Shown in pieces: positions 20,374 through 30,837 of a stretch of 64,000 nucleotides of DNA. The DNA is from a virus, in IMG/VR virus record IMGVR_UViG_3300027852_000031, positions 90,250-154,249 of that record; one strand, given 5' to 3'. The position numbers and the translations under genes were made by a program. The notes beneath the pieces were generated by a model. That model searched no databases. It saw nothing but the letters and a program-made list of their open reading frames with translations, and had not been told where the DNA came from. Position 1 is the first letter of the stretch. Each line of letters opens with the position of its first letter.

Positions 20374-21003
20374 CTAAGCCTCATTATACCATCCCTTGAC
20401 CCTGGGTGTTACGTCATCCAGATCATCTCTGTGGATAAGATTAAAATGCAATATTGATGCAGCATTAAAGAAGATTGCGCTTAAATGATCTTCGTCTGTT
20501 TCATTTTCAATAATAGAAAAAATATGTCTCATTAGACTAGCATGGAAAACACTCAGTGGCATTCCTTTGGCCCAATTCCATGGATCATATTTTTTAGCAC
20601 CCCCGCCATAGTGATTAGCCAATCTGTAATATGTTTTAGGAGAAATAATATGAAAACTATTGTCACTATCGTCATTGTGCATTAATGGGGCATCTTTTTC
20701 TTGTTGCATAATTACATCTAAAACAATTTGTATAATGTGAATTAAGTTGTTGTTACTTGGGTCATCACCCCATCCCATGCCCAAATTCCAAAGTTGAGCT
20801 TTTATATTATCACTTACACCAAATTCATCAAGGCGTGTGAATGGGTATGTTTTAGTGTTTATAATTGTTTTTATAACAGTGGTTGGTATCAAATCGAATC
20901 TGGGTTTATCGTAATCAACATCTCTAGTAGCACCAGTATCAAATCCGCGACGATCTCCAGAATCTTTAATATCAAATTCAGTTGTCATACAAAACGTCTC
21001 CAT
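20374..21003 (-). CDS. dATP/dGTP diphosphohydrolase-like protein (DUF5664)
   Basis: GATRD..KPRFDLIP, GAKKY..WNWAKGM, SLMRH, EDHL. Confidence 0.75.
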   Translation of the reverse strand: METFCMTTEFDIKDSGDRRGFDTGATRDVDYDKPRFDLIPTTVIKTIINTKTYPFTRLDEFGVSDNIKAQLWNLGMGWGDDPSNNNLIHIIQIVLDVIMQQEKDAPLMHNDDSDNSFHIISPKTYYRLANHYGGGAKKYDPWNWAKGMPLSVFHASLMRHIFSIIENETDEDHLSAIFFNAASILHFNLIHRDDLDDVTPRVKGWYNEA

Positions 21004-22143
21004 TTAATCTTCGGTTAAAACTTGCGACTTGGACACCCTGGCTAAAATAGGTGTAATTTTTTTTACCAAATCATCAGTAAACATATCGGCTATATCATTC
21101 ACTGTATCCGGTGTCACACAAAATATGCGAAAATAATACATTAAATTGTCTTGTAGATGCTCCATTGCTTTAAGTCCAGCTTTATCGTTATCGAACGCTA
21201 GTATCAGAGTAAGTGCGCCCGCATTCTGTAGCATTAATCTTTGATGCTTTGACATACTTATACCGCACAAAGCCACGCTATTCCGTATATCTGCCGTTTC
21301 GCAGGCCCATACATCCCCCGGACCTTCGCAAACTATAGCCGCGCCAGTCTTCTGAATCCATGACTTAGCATGCCATATATTATATAAAGCCAATTCACTT
21401 CTAAAGTCTTTTGAGTGTTTCCACTTGGTATAAGCCGACAGATACTCTTGGTCCGGACATCTATGTCGGTCTTGGTCGTGATATGTACCACATTCGCTAC
21501 ACTGATCATATATGCTTCTGCCAGACCACCCTATTACATATCGACCATTATAATCTAATACGGGGAAAAATGATCTTTTATACATCGGCTTACCACGGGT
21601 TTCACATGAAGATATGTGGTATTTTGCTATTATATCCCTAGATACCCCACGATTTGGGTAATATGTAGTATCTTCCTGTAATCTTGACACAATAGAAGAC
21701 AATGGTAGACCCTGGTCAATAGTTTGTTTTTTCTGATTGCGATGTTGTTTCAGTAGTTTAAATATTTCTATATCCTGTGAATCTGTCTGTCCGTCGTGGC
21801 TGATCTTCAAACCCAATACGTGTGCTACGAAACACACCGATTGATAAAAACTCCATTTTTTTTCTGTTTTGCGACCCATTGTCCCCCTGACTAATCCGAA
21901 TATACTGTTAGACGGTCCTGTAATTGGATCTTTGTGACATTCTCTTGTCTTGCATTGCCAGTGGCCAGATCGCATAGCCCAAAACATAGCCCTTTGGTTG
22001 TCGCCACCATGAACAGGGCATGAAGCTTGAAGGTAATCGTTCCTTTCTGTGTAGTCCATCCCAAGAGCATCTAGCAGTTCTGTAATGCGCTCGCATGCGC
22101 GGTTTTGTATAAATTCGATGTCTTGTTCTGTGAATTTAGGCAT
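21004..22143 (-). CDS. dnaG: DNA primase
   Basis: CPVH..C..C zinc finger, GWSGR, TOPRIM CEGPGD and FDNDKAG. Confidence 0.9.
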   Translation of the reverse strand: MPKFTEQDIEFIQNRACERITELLDALGMDYTERNDYLQASCPVHGGDNQRAMFWAMRSGHWQCKTRECHKDPITGPSNSIFGLVRGTMGRKTEKKWSFYQSVCFVAHVLGLKISHDGQTDSQDIEIFKLLKQHRNQKKQTIDQGLPLSSIVSRLQEDTTYYPNRGVSRDIIAKYHISSCETRGKPMYKRSFFPVLDYNGRYVIGWSGRSIYDQCSECGTYHDQDRHRCPDQEYLSAYTKWKHSKDFRSELALYNIWHAKSWIQKTGAAIVCEGPGDVWACETADIRNSVALCGISMSKHQRLMLQNAGALTLILAFDNDKAGLKAMEHLQDNLMYYFRIFCVTPDTVNDIADMFTDDLVKKITPILARVSKSQVLTED

Positions 22144-22145
22144 CC

Positions 22146-24848
22146 CTAACCCATCATACTTGATTGTGTCACCATTGAAAATGTTTGCCCTTCGGCCAAT
22201 TTGCCTATTTCTAGTTCATTTACAATGTTTATATATTCGCCACTCTCCATGCCAGGGCCATATCTAGTATCTGTTACCACCAATTTTTTGGTACCATTAG
22301 ATGGTGGGTCTTCATTCAATTCGGTTTGTGTTTTCTTCTTTAGAATCGTAAAATTAGAACATAACCAAACTATTCTATCTGATCCAGAAACTACTTCTGC
22401 ACCTTCTCTCTCAACACCGTCACGATTAAGTTGAACAGTAGCTAAAACTGGCAGTTTGTATTTAACTGCAAAATTATGTAGTGCTGTTATCAAAAAGCCA
22501 AGCAATTGATATTCCTGAACGTTTCCCTTCAAACCACCATCGTCCATTAGTTTTAAGTAATCATATATTATCAAACATGGTTTGGCACATCCACTGTCCG
22601 TAAAACCGACAGTTTTCGATAACCATCTTCTGGCAATGGACATTATTGCTTGAGGAGTTAAGCCAGCCACAGAAAAATGATCGATATCTAATTTCTTAAT
22701 ATTCGCTTGTGACTCCCATAGCGCATCAGATTCATGTTGATTTTTTACGAACTGTCCAGTCTCTACGTGATTTAATTCAACACCCGATACAAGAGATGCT
22801 AGTCGGTGCAACTGCGTATCGCTCGTTAGTTCTGTGTCTAAATACAAAACTGGTATACCATTTTCTGCCATATTTTTTGCTACATTGATACAGAAAAAGC
22901 TGTTATGACTTACCATTCCATTCGTAATGAAACTGTGTCCATCTGGTATATAAAAATCCGATGTCCACTCCTTGTCTGATAATAGTGAATGTATCGGATC
23001 AAACAATAGATGCGGATCTATAATTGTTTTAATCTCCTGATATTCTGGCAAATAGTCATATATTGACAATTGATTTAATAGTTTTTGAACTACATCTCTT
23101 CTAGCTTTCCTGGTCCCTCTAATCCAGCGGTTAACGTTATCTCGCATATTGACTCTTCGTCCTGGCAAAAAAAAGCCTCTGTGTTTTTGGATTGCCCTTT
23201 TGAGTGCTAACAGCGGCACCTTTAGGTTTGGTATCACATCATTTTTGGTGGAAGACGGTTTTTCGCAAAATGAATTAAGTAATTTTTGCTTCCTTTCGAT
23301 ACCAAATCCTATCAGATCGCGGAAAATAATTGCTGATTCTACGTTTTGTATTGCAATCTCCCAATACACATTGGGTTTTGTGTGTCCGGGTGGGACTATA
23401 TGTCTTATTCTGGTTTTTGACAATATTCCTAAATTCAACAACATTGCCTTTAGTTGAATAGCTAGTTTTTGTGAATTTGTAGTAGCTGTTACTCCTCTTT
23501 TTTCTACACAACCATCAGCATCAAAATATCCACGTAAAGCCCGACAAACAATTTCTTCTTTACATGTTCTAATAGTCGTAGGAAAAATTTTGCGATTATT
23601 TTCATCATAAAATCCCAATGATAATATTTTTTTTGCAATTTTCACCCTATTGCATCTTATATGGAATTTGTTTTCTGTTCCTATGTCACCGCCACAACGA
23701 CCAATAAATGTTCTAAATTGCTCTCGGCAGTGTCCATTAATTGAAGCTAGTTCGACGATTGTATCGTTTATACAACCATCGCCAACCAACAATCCAATAA
23801 CATATGCGTCATTTATGTCGATAGTAGCACTACCCCAGTATCTATCCCCTCTTCTACACACTAAATAATCTTTTGACTTCAAATCTTCTGTGTTCTTCCA
23901 TTTGATTTTTCCATCGGTATCTAGAATTTGCACAGGGTGGTTTGGGGTTGCCGACAAGGTATTCCCATATTTGGTTTGTATCTTAATTACATCAACAAAA
24001 CCATTATTCCACCAATACTCGGGTTGTTTTTCATCGCCATTTGAATTCAGTAATCTCAAATCCGAACTACATAATTGTGGTAATGCTTGTTGGAAATTTG
24101 TGGATTTAGCGCAATACATTTCGTATGGCATTAAAATACCAAGGTTAGTCAATACTACCGTACTGAAGGAACCGTGACATTTTCCAATTTTCGGCCTAGC
24201 GCCAATAACGTTCACAGTAGCAGGACGTAAGCCACCACCTATTGCTATATCCCACTTAGTAAAACCAGTGGGAAGACCTACAATGTCTTGCGGTGTTGTG
24301 GCTAACGATTGCATGACATGCTGGAATGAATCTCCTAGTGAAACCACACCTGCGGTTTGGGATACGGTGTTCCCCGTAAATTCGAATATGGGTTCTTCGA
24401 TGGCACTAATAATTTCATCTACACCTTCTGCTCCAGTTATCGATGTTAAGGTTTTTTGTATTTTAGTTACAGCAAGATATCCCTGTCTAGCTAATGATAA
24501 TTTGTATATTGCTATAACCATAGCCTGAACGTTATCCCGAGACAGACCAGTTTCATCTATTATTGATGTCAAATACTCAGTGTGTTTTCCTCCAGCGGCA
24601 AAAGAGGCATATCCCAAAATCCTGGCAGTAGCCTGTATGCTAGGTAAATCAAATGTTTTTGTATCTTCTTTGTGAACCATGTGTGAAAAAATTGCAAACA
24701 ATTCCTGATTATATTTCCAGTATAAATCTTTAACATTGATGATATCTTCTACTTCGAAGAAACAATCAGAACCATACGTAGCTATGCCCGCCATGACGGC
24801 TCGTTCCATGCCAGAGTCTTGTAGTATAGCATTTTGTTTATTGCGCAT
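22146..24848 (-). CDS. dnaB: Replicative DnaB-like helicase with intein
   Basis: GLPTGF..WD, GARPKIGK|S, LDTE, IYDYL, QLNR. Confidence 0.93.
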   Translation of the reverse strand: MRNKQNAILQDSGMERAVMAGIATYGSDCFFEVEDIINVKDLYWKYNQELFAIFSHMVHKEDTKTFDLPSIQATARILGYASFAAGGKHTEYLTSIIDETGLSRDNVQAMVIAIYKLSLARQGYLAVTKIQKTLTSITGAEGVDEIISAIEEPIFEFTGNTVSQTAGVVSLGDSFQHVMQSLATTPQDIVGLPTGFTKWDIAIGGGLRPATVNVIGARPKIGKCHGSFSTVVLTNLGILMPYEMYCAKSTNFQQALPQLCSSDLRLLNSNGDEKQPEYWWNNGFVDVIKIQTKYGNTLSATPNHPVQILDTDGKIKWKNTEDLKSKDYLVCRRGDRYWGSATIDINDAYVIGLLVGDGCINDTIVELASINGHCREQFRTFIGRCGGDIGTENKFHIRCNRVKIAKKILSLGFYDENNRKIFPTTIRTCKEEIVCRALRGYFDADGCVEKRGVTATTNSQKLAIQLKAMLLNLGILSKTRIRHIVPPGHTKPNVYWEIAIQNVESAIIFRDLIGFGIERKQKLLNSFCEKPSSTKNDVIPNLKVPLLALKRAIQKHRGFFLPGRRVNMRDNVNRWIRGTRKARRDVVQKLLNQLSIYDYLPEYQEIKTIIDPHLLFDPIHSLLSDKEWTSDFYIPDGHSFITNGMVSHNSFFCINVAKNMAENGIPVLYLDTELTSDTQLHRLASLVSGVELNHVETGQFVKNQHESDALWESQANIKKLDIDHFSVAGLTPQAIMSIARRWLSKTVGFTDSGCAKPCLIIYDYLKLMDDGGLKGNVQEYQLLGFLITALHNFAVKYKLPVLATVQLNRDGVEREGAEVVSGSDRIVWLCSNFTILKKKTQTELNEDPPSNGTKKLVVTDTRYGPGMESGEYINIVNELEIGKLAEGQTFSMVTQSSMMG
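22902..24179 (-). mobile_element. Intein (426 aa) in DnaB Walker A
   Basis: Starts Cys after GK, TPNHP, GLLVGDG, GYFDADG, ends SHN followed by Ser. Confidence 0.93.
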
Positions 24849-25393
24849 TATGACATTCGACCCTTTTTAGCATTTAAACATTGCTGACATTTTTGTCCCA
24901 TCTTACCATCAGATCTACTAGAATCAAACTCTTTATCACATTCGTTGCATTTAACCTTGTATTGTTTATGGGTTGGTCTATTGAGTTTAACTTTGCGATC
25001 TTTTGTCTTTTCTGCTCGTATTGTATTGGCCCGAACTTCTGTCGGATCAATTTCGTTTGTAATAAAAACAGTTTTGCCAACTACAGATTCTGTTACTTGT
25101 GTTACTGATGGTGTCTCATCCATTATACGCTCTGTATCATTTTTCTTTGTTGTTTTTTTAGTTTTTTTCTGGGTAATTTTCTTTTTGGTTTTTTGAGGTA
25201 AATTTATGGTATTATCAAAATATTTGACGATATTTTGGATTTTAGATATCATTTCTGGCGGTGTTAATTCAACTTCATTTGAATCACTACATGGAGGAGC
25301 TATCCATTCTCCAGTTATTTTTTCAAAACCATTGCACACCTGTTGCCAATCGCCATCTATAATTCCATTCTTAATTATATCTAACGGATTCAT
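24848..25393 (-). CDS. Hypothetical protein with C-terminal zinc ribbon
   Basis: CNEC...CQQC; abuts neighbouring genes. Confidence 0.6.
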   Translation of the reverse strand: MNPLDIIKNGIIDGDWQQVCNGFEKITGEWIAPPCSDSNEVELTPPEMISKIQNIVKYFDNTINLPQKTKKKITQKKTKKTTKKNDTERIMDETPSVTQVTESVVGKTVFITNEIDPTEVRANTIRAEKTKDRKVKLNRPTHKQYKVKCNECDKEFDSSRSDGKMGQKCQQCLNAKKGRMS

Positions 25394-25809
25394 ATATTTG
25401 TTCCTTCATTATATCTAGCTCTTACTAACCCATTAATACTCTGACATATTACCTCGATGCGTCTGGCTAGATATTGTATCCTTTCTAATCTAAGGCTAGC
25501 CTTTTTTATCCATTGATTCAATTTAGACCTATCGTCGCATGATAATATTTGCTGAATTTTATCAGCCCATTTTAAAAAAGTATTACACTCATTAACTTTC
25601 TGTTGTAGAAATAATGCATATTGCGATAGAATTACAGCATTCTCAGACAATTCGACAGACGATTGTAATCTCATATCTTGTCTTGTCAAGCCCAAAATAT
25701 TTTCTATCTCATCTGTTCCTGGATTGTAGATTGGCAAACTAAGCGACTTAATCCAGTCGTCCATTTCTTGTTTATATTTAGTCGTTTCTTCTCGTAGATT
25801 ATTCATCAT
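25390..25809 (-). CDS. Helical hypothetical protein (possible recombination mediator)
   Basis: Amphipathic helices, located between recA and dnaB; function is a guess. Confidence 0.45.
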   Translation of the reverse strand: MMNNLREETTKYKQEMDDWIKSLSLPIYNPGTDEIENILGLTRQDMRLQSSVELSENAVILSQYALFLQQKVNECNTFLKWADKIQQILSCDDRSKLNQWIKKASLRLERIQYLARRIEVICQSINGLVRARYNEGTNI

Positions 25810-26170
25810 ATATTTCTATAAGTTTAAATCCGTTTAATTCGCACCAGTTTCTTTTCCTCTGATCTGTATCCTGTTGTTTATGAAAATCTTGTTTCGTTTT
25901 ATGGAAATGTTTGATATGTGTAGTATGTTGTTTACCATGACATTCAACTACCACATTGACAGATGGAATGAAAAAATCTAAAATAAATTTTTCATCAGAT
26001 ACATATACTTCCTCAAAAATAATGTCGTGTGGATACTCTTGTAGTAGTTGTTGACCAATCTTATATTGAAAAATAGATTTTGACTTATCGTATGGTCTTA
26101 AGTGTTTGGTCCGAAGCTTAAGCTTGCACGTACCACCATTCAGTGATTTTATTTCCATTCTATAATTCAA
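25799..26170 (-). CDS. Vsr/DUF559-like endonuclease
   Basis: LDFFIP..VVECHGKQH..D..K..WC..NG. Confidence 0.7.
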   Translation of the reverse strand: MNYRMEIKSLNGGTCKLKLRTKHLRPYDKSKSIFQYKIGQQLLQEYPHDIIFEEVYVSDEKFILDFFIPSVNVVVECHGKQHTTHIKHFHKTKQDFHKQQDTDQRKRNWCELNGFKLIEIYDE

Positions 26171-26714
26171 TATCTTGTTGATTAAATCGTGCAGTTATGT
26201 TTAGCTTGCCGTTGAACAAACAACACTTTACGCCCGCCTCTTGCAACATGCGCCATCCATTCTGTATTGACTCAACCCAGGTCTTGTGATTAGCTGCTCT
26301 CGCCATCAATTGTGCGTGTCCAACTACTTTAATAATACCTGCTTCTATTATTGCTTTAGCACATTCAGAACAAGAATAAAATGGACAATACAATACAGAA
26401 CCTATTGTACCCATTTGTACTTTGGCAGCTTTTAGAATACTCCCGTGTTCTGCATGGACGACTAATCTATATTTTGTTGATCTATCTTCCAATCTTTCTC
26501 GCGTTTCTGCTATGCCATTTGGAAATTTATTAGTTGCATATACAAAGTCTTCGTCATTATGACTTACTAGTACAGCACCGTTCTTGGTACTGGGGTCGGG
26601 ACTAAATGTATTGCCGAAATCATACGCATTCGCAAGAAACAATTTAGCTGTAGTTGACGTCGTTAATGTAAATGGATTTGGTAACCATCGTAGTTGATCC
26701 GCCATATGATCCAT
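26160..26714 (-). CDS. dCMP deaminase
   Basis: SPDPSTKNGAV, HAE, SCSECAKAIIEAGI. Confidence 0.88.
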   Translation of the reverse strand: MDHMADQLRWLPNPFTLTTSTTAKLFLANAYDFGNTFSPDPSTKNGAVLVSHNDEDFVYATNKFPNGIAETRERLEDRSTKYRLVVHAEHGSILKAAKVQMGTIGSVLYCPFYSCSECAKAIIEAGIIKVVGHAQLMARAANHKTWVESIQNGWRMLQEAGVKCCLFNGKLNITARFNQQDIEL

Positions 26715-26715
26715 T

Positions 26716-28995
26716 TTAGTTCTCCTGATCCTGCGGTAATACTATAGTTCGTATCTCAGATTCTAGTTGCATCAATTTATCTATATTATTTCTTAAGAAA
26801 TTAGACAATTTAGCCAACCCTTGGAATTTTGGTGTCTCATCGTTCTCTGCGAACATTGGTACGGAATACCATGCACCAGCTTTCTGGACTAAACCCAAAT
26901 TTTCGGCTGTATTGACTATGTCGCGAACATTGTCTATTCCTATGCCATATTTCAAAGGGATAGTGCACGGTAGCAATGGCCTGCCCATTGCCGATGACTG
27001 AACCATTATGTGCATATCGTGTCCATCTGGCGCGTTGGTCTCTGGGTTTTTATCCCACTGTTGCGTCCATGTAACTTTGAGCCAGACAGAACAAGCATAC
27101 TGAACAGCGACACCACCCTTCTCTATATATTTTGGCCCACGAGGTTCCCTGTTGCTAATCATCTGAGAAATAAATATTAGAATTACATTGTTAGTATCAA
27201 CGACCTGTTGTGCTCGACGGAAAAAGGCTGACAAAAGTTTTGCTGGTCCTGCCATATCCTTATTTGACCCGATTAATTCTTCTTGCTCTGTGATAGTAGA
27301 TAATGCCGCTATGCTATCTATAACCACTACAGCTTTTTTTTGTGTTTTGGCTATCCGTTCAATAATGTTGAGATAATCTTCTGCAGATAGCGGCTTATCT
27401 ATTTGGTGTGGTACTACCTGTAGTTTATCGGCATCTAATCCACCAATGGTACCAAGCAATTCTGGGGTACACCGACGTTCTATGTTAATATAAAACGTTG
27501 GTCTATTTTGTTTTTGGGCATTTCGTAATAGCTCTAGACATAATGTTGTATTGTGATTTACTATCCCGTTTGCTAAAAACGATTTGCTGATAGGAACACT
27601 TAAGTCTGCTGTATGCACAATACCCGTATCCAAGGCTGTAACTGTATCAAAAAACAAATGTGGATCAATTAACGATTCAATTGTCTGATATTCTTTCGTG
27701 TGTCGATAATCCAAAAATTGATTAAGCATCTTCCGAACCACATCCCTGCGGGCTTGACGTTTTCCTGATTTCCATCTATTGATTGTCGTCCTCAAGTTGT
27801 TCATTGTTCTTGAAAGAAAATATCCACGATCTCTGATAATTACTGTTTGTAGAGCAGTTATTGGTTCGTTCAGATACGGAACTGTATCGCATTTGGTAGA
27901 TGATTTTCTACGACAAAGCGATTCTAGTGCTTTTCTTTTTCTTGGAATGCGGAAATTTATATAATCTTTAAATCTTTTTATTGATTCAGTATTATGTATA
28001 TTTATTTCCCAATATTCACGACTTTCTGTGTGTCCCGGAGGAACAATATGTCTAACCCTGGTATTTGACAATATTCCTAAATTCATCAAAATGGTTTTTA
28101 TTTGTATGGCGAGTATCCTAGAATTAGTGGTCGCACTTATTCCACTTTTCCCAATTGTTCCATCGGCATCAAAATAACCAGACAACATATTACATATGTT
28201 ATTAATATTACATGTACGGATAAAAGCTGGTACTTGTTTGTATTTATTGATATAAAACTTCTCTCTTGTCAGTATTTTGCCGTATTTTACAGAATTGAAA
28301 TGATGGTCCTTGTCTGCGTATGTTAAAACTTTACCATTTCTTTTAACTACAAAATCAACAAAAGCTTCATAACAAATAGAATCTTTTGTCGACAATTGTA
28401 TTCTTTGATTGGCTATATGGCCGTCACCTATTAAAAGGCCGTAGACATAGGCGTCGTTGTTGTCAATTGACCTATTTCCCCATATATTATCCCCTCTACG
28501 ACACACTAAAGTATCACCTATCTCGACATCTTTACCATTTTTCCATCTCTGGATACCGTCATGATCTAGTACCATCAACGGATGGTTGTGCGTTACACTA
28601 ATTTCTGAACCAAATTTTGTATCAATTTTAATAACATTATCTATTCCATTATCATACCAAGATGATACTCGCTGCAATTTGCCGGTATTAGACACAACTC
28701 TAATTTTTGATAATGTTCTTAATTCTTTGAGATTCAATAGTCCATGATTTGTTACCACAAAAGTATTCTTAGAATCAACGCATTTCCCAGATTTTGGTTT
28801 GCCTGTTATCAAACATATTGTTCCGTCTGGTATTCCACCACTCAGTGCTATGTCCAAAGATAATGGGGTGTTCAGTATGTTACGTGACCGTGGTGGTAAC
28901 GCCCTTGAGGCTGGTGCTATGATTCCTTCTCCGTGCACTCGCTCCAGAAATGCATCTAATGATTCTGCATTTACATCTGGTCGTTTTCTAGCCAT
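26716..28995 (-). CDS. recA: RecA/UvsX-like recombinase with intein (start reassigned to ATG 28995)
   Basis: SLDIALSGGIP, GKPKSGK|TT, IDSIAAL, GGVAVQY, KAGAWY. Confidence 0.92.
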   Translation of the reverse strand: MARKRPDVNAESLDAFLERVHGEGIIAPASRALPPRSRNILNTPLSLDIALSGGIPDGTICLITGKPKSGKCVDSKNTFVVTNHGLLNLKELRTLSKIRVVSNTGKLQRVSSWYDNGIDNVIKIDTKFGSEISVTHNHPLMVLDHDGIQRWKNGKDVEIGDTLVCRRGDNIWGNRSIDNNDAYVYGLLIGDGHIANQRIQLSTKDSICYEAFVDFVVKRNGKVLTYADKDHHFNSVKYGKILTREKFYINKYKQVPAFIRTCNINNICNMLSGYFDADGTIGKSGISATTNSRILAIQIKTILMNLGILSNTRVRHIVPPGHTESREYWEINIHNTESIKRFKDYINFRIPRKRKALESLCRRKSSTKCDTVPYLNEPITALQTVIIRDRGYFLSRTMNNLRTTINRWKSGKRQARRDVVRKMLNQFLDYRHTKEYQTIESLIDPHLFFDTVTALDTGIVHTADLSVPISKSFLANGIVNHNTTLCLELLRNAQKQNRPTFYINIERRCTPELLGTIGGLDADKLQVVPHQIDKPLSAEDYLNIIERIAKTQKKAVVVIDSIAALSTITEQEELIGSNKDMAGPAKLLSAFFRRAQQVVDTNNVILIFISQMISNREPRGPKYIEKGGVAVQYACSVWLKVTWTQQWDKNPETNAPDGHDMHIMVQSSAMGRPLLPCTIPLKYGIGIDNVRDIVNTAENLGLVQKAGAWYSVPMFAENDETPKFQGLAKLSNFLRNNIDKLMQLESEIRTIVLPQDQEN
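27550..28782 (-). mobile_element. Intein (411 aa) in RecA Walker A
   Basis: Starts Cys after GK, THNHP, GLLIGDG, GYFDADG, ends NHN followed by Thr. Confidence 0.93.
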
Positions 28996-29458
28996 TTTCC
29001 ATTTCTCGTATTTTAGAGATGGTTGTCTTTTCCCCAGTATCAACAAATTTAGCATTTTCTTTAATATCTATATCTGAATTATACCGATTTACATCCATCT
29101 TGTTTCTGTCACGATTAATAATATCTAGTTGTTTAAAGGTCAATGCAATCACTCTGCTGATTGTTTTTTTAGCTGTTAACGACTTTATATTATTGTTCTT
29201 TATAACATGCACCAAAGCGGTTCTTACGACCTGGTCATCCATATTTAATTCATTCGCTAAATTTGCAATACCTTTCGTTTCTCTTCTATATTTCGGCCCC
29301 CAATATTTGGTATCTGACCAAAACCTTGGTGCCAATTTTCTATTCACATTCAGACAAACCAATTCTATGATAAATGACCTAAAAGTAGTATATAAACCCA
29401 TCGTGGTCGGTGATTCGTATGGATGTTTTTCGTCTCGCTGTTGATGCCTAATAGCCAT
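28988..29458 (-). CDS. Hypothetical protein
   Basis: ORF tightly packed with neighbours. Confidence 0.6.
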   Translation of the reverse strand: MAIRHQQRDEKHPYESPTTMGLYTTFRSFIIELVCLNVNRKLAPRFWSDTKYWGPKYRRETKGIANLANELNMDDQVVRTALVHVIKNNNIKSLTAKKTISRVIALTFKQLDIINRDRNKMDVNRYNSDIDIKENAKFVDTGEKTTISKIREMENG

Positions 29459-29884
29459 CTATTTGTTCTCAATCAAAAAGAAGCCAGCCTCATGTGGTTT
29501 TCTATCTTCCGTAATTGTATGATCAAATCTTGGCTTCCTGTGCCATACAATATTCACCACACTGCTGTCGTGATAGCCTATGCCAATATATTCGAATTGT
29601 GGTCCATTCCACACTGCATGTTTTTTGTATCCGAAAAAATATCCTTTTTGATTTGGCGGCATAGATATGTTGATATTCCTCGGAGCTTGTAGTCTTAATC
29701 CAGTAATAGATATATTTTTATTTATTTTTAACCATTCTGACAACCTGACCCAAGCATGTCTTGCTTTTGGTCTGTTGTCCTGAATTACCGTTCTGCCATC
29801 AGATAAAGACGCTAAAAATCTAATCTTCGGAGTTTTTTCAGCAACCGTAAAAGATATCAGCGAATCTTTTTGTGTATTCACCAT
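29459..29884 (-). CDS. Hypothetical protein
   Basis: ORF abutting neighbours. Confidence 0.6.
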   Translation of the reverse strand: MVNTQKDSLISFTVAEKTPKIRFLASLSDGRTVIQDNRPKARHAWVRLSEWLKINKNISITGLRLQAPRNINISMPPNQKGYFFGYKKHAVWNGPQFEYIGIGYHDSSVVNIVWHRKPRFDHTITEDRKPHEAGFFLIENK

Positions 29885-29887
29885 GGG

Positions 29888-30208
29888 TTATTGCTTCCTT
29901 TTTTTTGTACTTTTAGGTGCCGATCCACGTCGTTGTTCGTCTGCTTTCATTGATTCAGCGGGTGTCATAGCATGGACACCCTTGCCGATATTCAAATTGT
30001 TGCCTGGTTCTAGGCATATAATCCGGCCATCTTTTACTTCTTTTTTCTGCTTAGATATATCATCATCTTTTTTGTCAACAAAATTGTTAAATTTTTCCGC
30101 AGCTTTGGATAAAAATACATTCCTTGTCTTTGAATGCAATCGTCCTAAATTAACATTCGAATCAGACAAAAATTCTAAAAAATCTTTTTTAAATTGCTCG
30201 AAAGTCAT
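29888..30208 (-). CDS. Hypothetical protein
   Basis: ORF with GGAG SD-like element upstream. Confidence 0.55.
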   Translation of the reverse strand: MTFEQFKKDFLEFLSDSNVNLGRLHSKTRNVFLSKAAEKFNNFVDKKDDDISKQKKEVKDGRIICLEPGNNLNIGKGVHAMTPAESMKADEQRRGSAPKSTKKRKQ

Positions 30209-30515
30209 GACGGAATCTCCTCTGTGCTATCATAAGTGGTGTTCTATTTTTTGTTTTTAAAAAGGTTATATATTGCTCATAACATTTTTGACTGCACGAA
30301 ATTAATCTACAATGTCTTGTGCTATGTTTTGGGTTTTGCTGGGTGATTGAGCCCATAGATTCCAATGGATTAAACAAGTCGCCATTTTGATTACTCAAAA
30401 CCCAACATCTATCTTGTTCTTTTTTGGCGAATACATTAAACCTTGGTTTATGGTTCTTATTAATGCTGTGTGGTACCCCACCAACATCAACAGCTATGAT
30501 TTTTTCTTCGCCCAT
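30189..30515 (-). CDS. Hypothetical protein
   Basis: ORF overlapping neighbours in the gene run. Confidence 0.5.
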   Translation of the reverse strand: MGEEKIIAVDVGGVPHSINKNHKPRFNVFAKKEQDRCWVLSNQNGDLFNPLESMGSITQQNPKHSTRHCRLISCSQKCYEQYITFLKTKNRTPLMIAQRRFRHDFRAI

Positions 30516-30835
30516 ACACGAAATCCTACATCAGTTTCTGGATCAGAATCTTCGGGTTCAACTACATCAAAACACAAATCATCACTTGGTGATCCTGGAT
30601 AAAAAGTACCCAATATCTGTACAACATCAGAATGACCATTACATAGTTCGCATTTGACTAAAACACGAGTAATAACTTCAGCATCCGCGCCTTCTGGCGC
30701 GTCAACAAGTTGTAGCTGCAAAATATGCCTATTGCAATCGTTGCATTTGATCGGTAATATACCTTTGTTTTTAATACCTTTGAGTATCCGGGGGTTGTTA
30801 TCGCTTTGTGTTGTTTCTATTTTTGATTTATCCAC
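30494..30835 (-). CDS. Hypothetical zinc-ribbon protein
   Basis: CNDC...CELC; AGGAG upstream. Confidence 0.55.
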   Translation of the reverse strand: MDKSKIETTQSDNNPRILKGIKNKGILPIKCNDCNRHILQLQLVDAPEGADAEVITRVLVKCELCNGHSDVVQILGTFYPGSPSDDLCFDVVEPEDSDPETDVGFRVWAKKKS

Positions 30836-30837
30836 AG

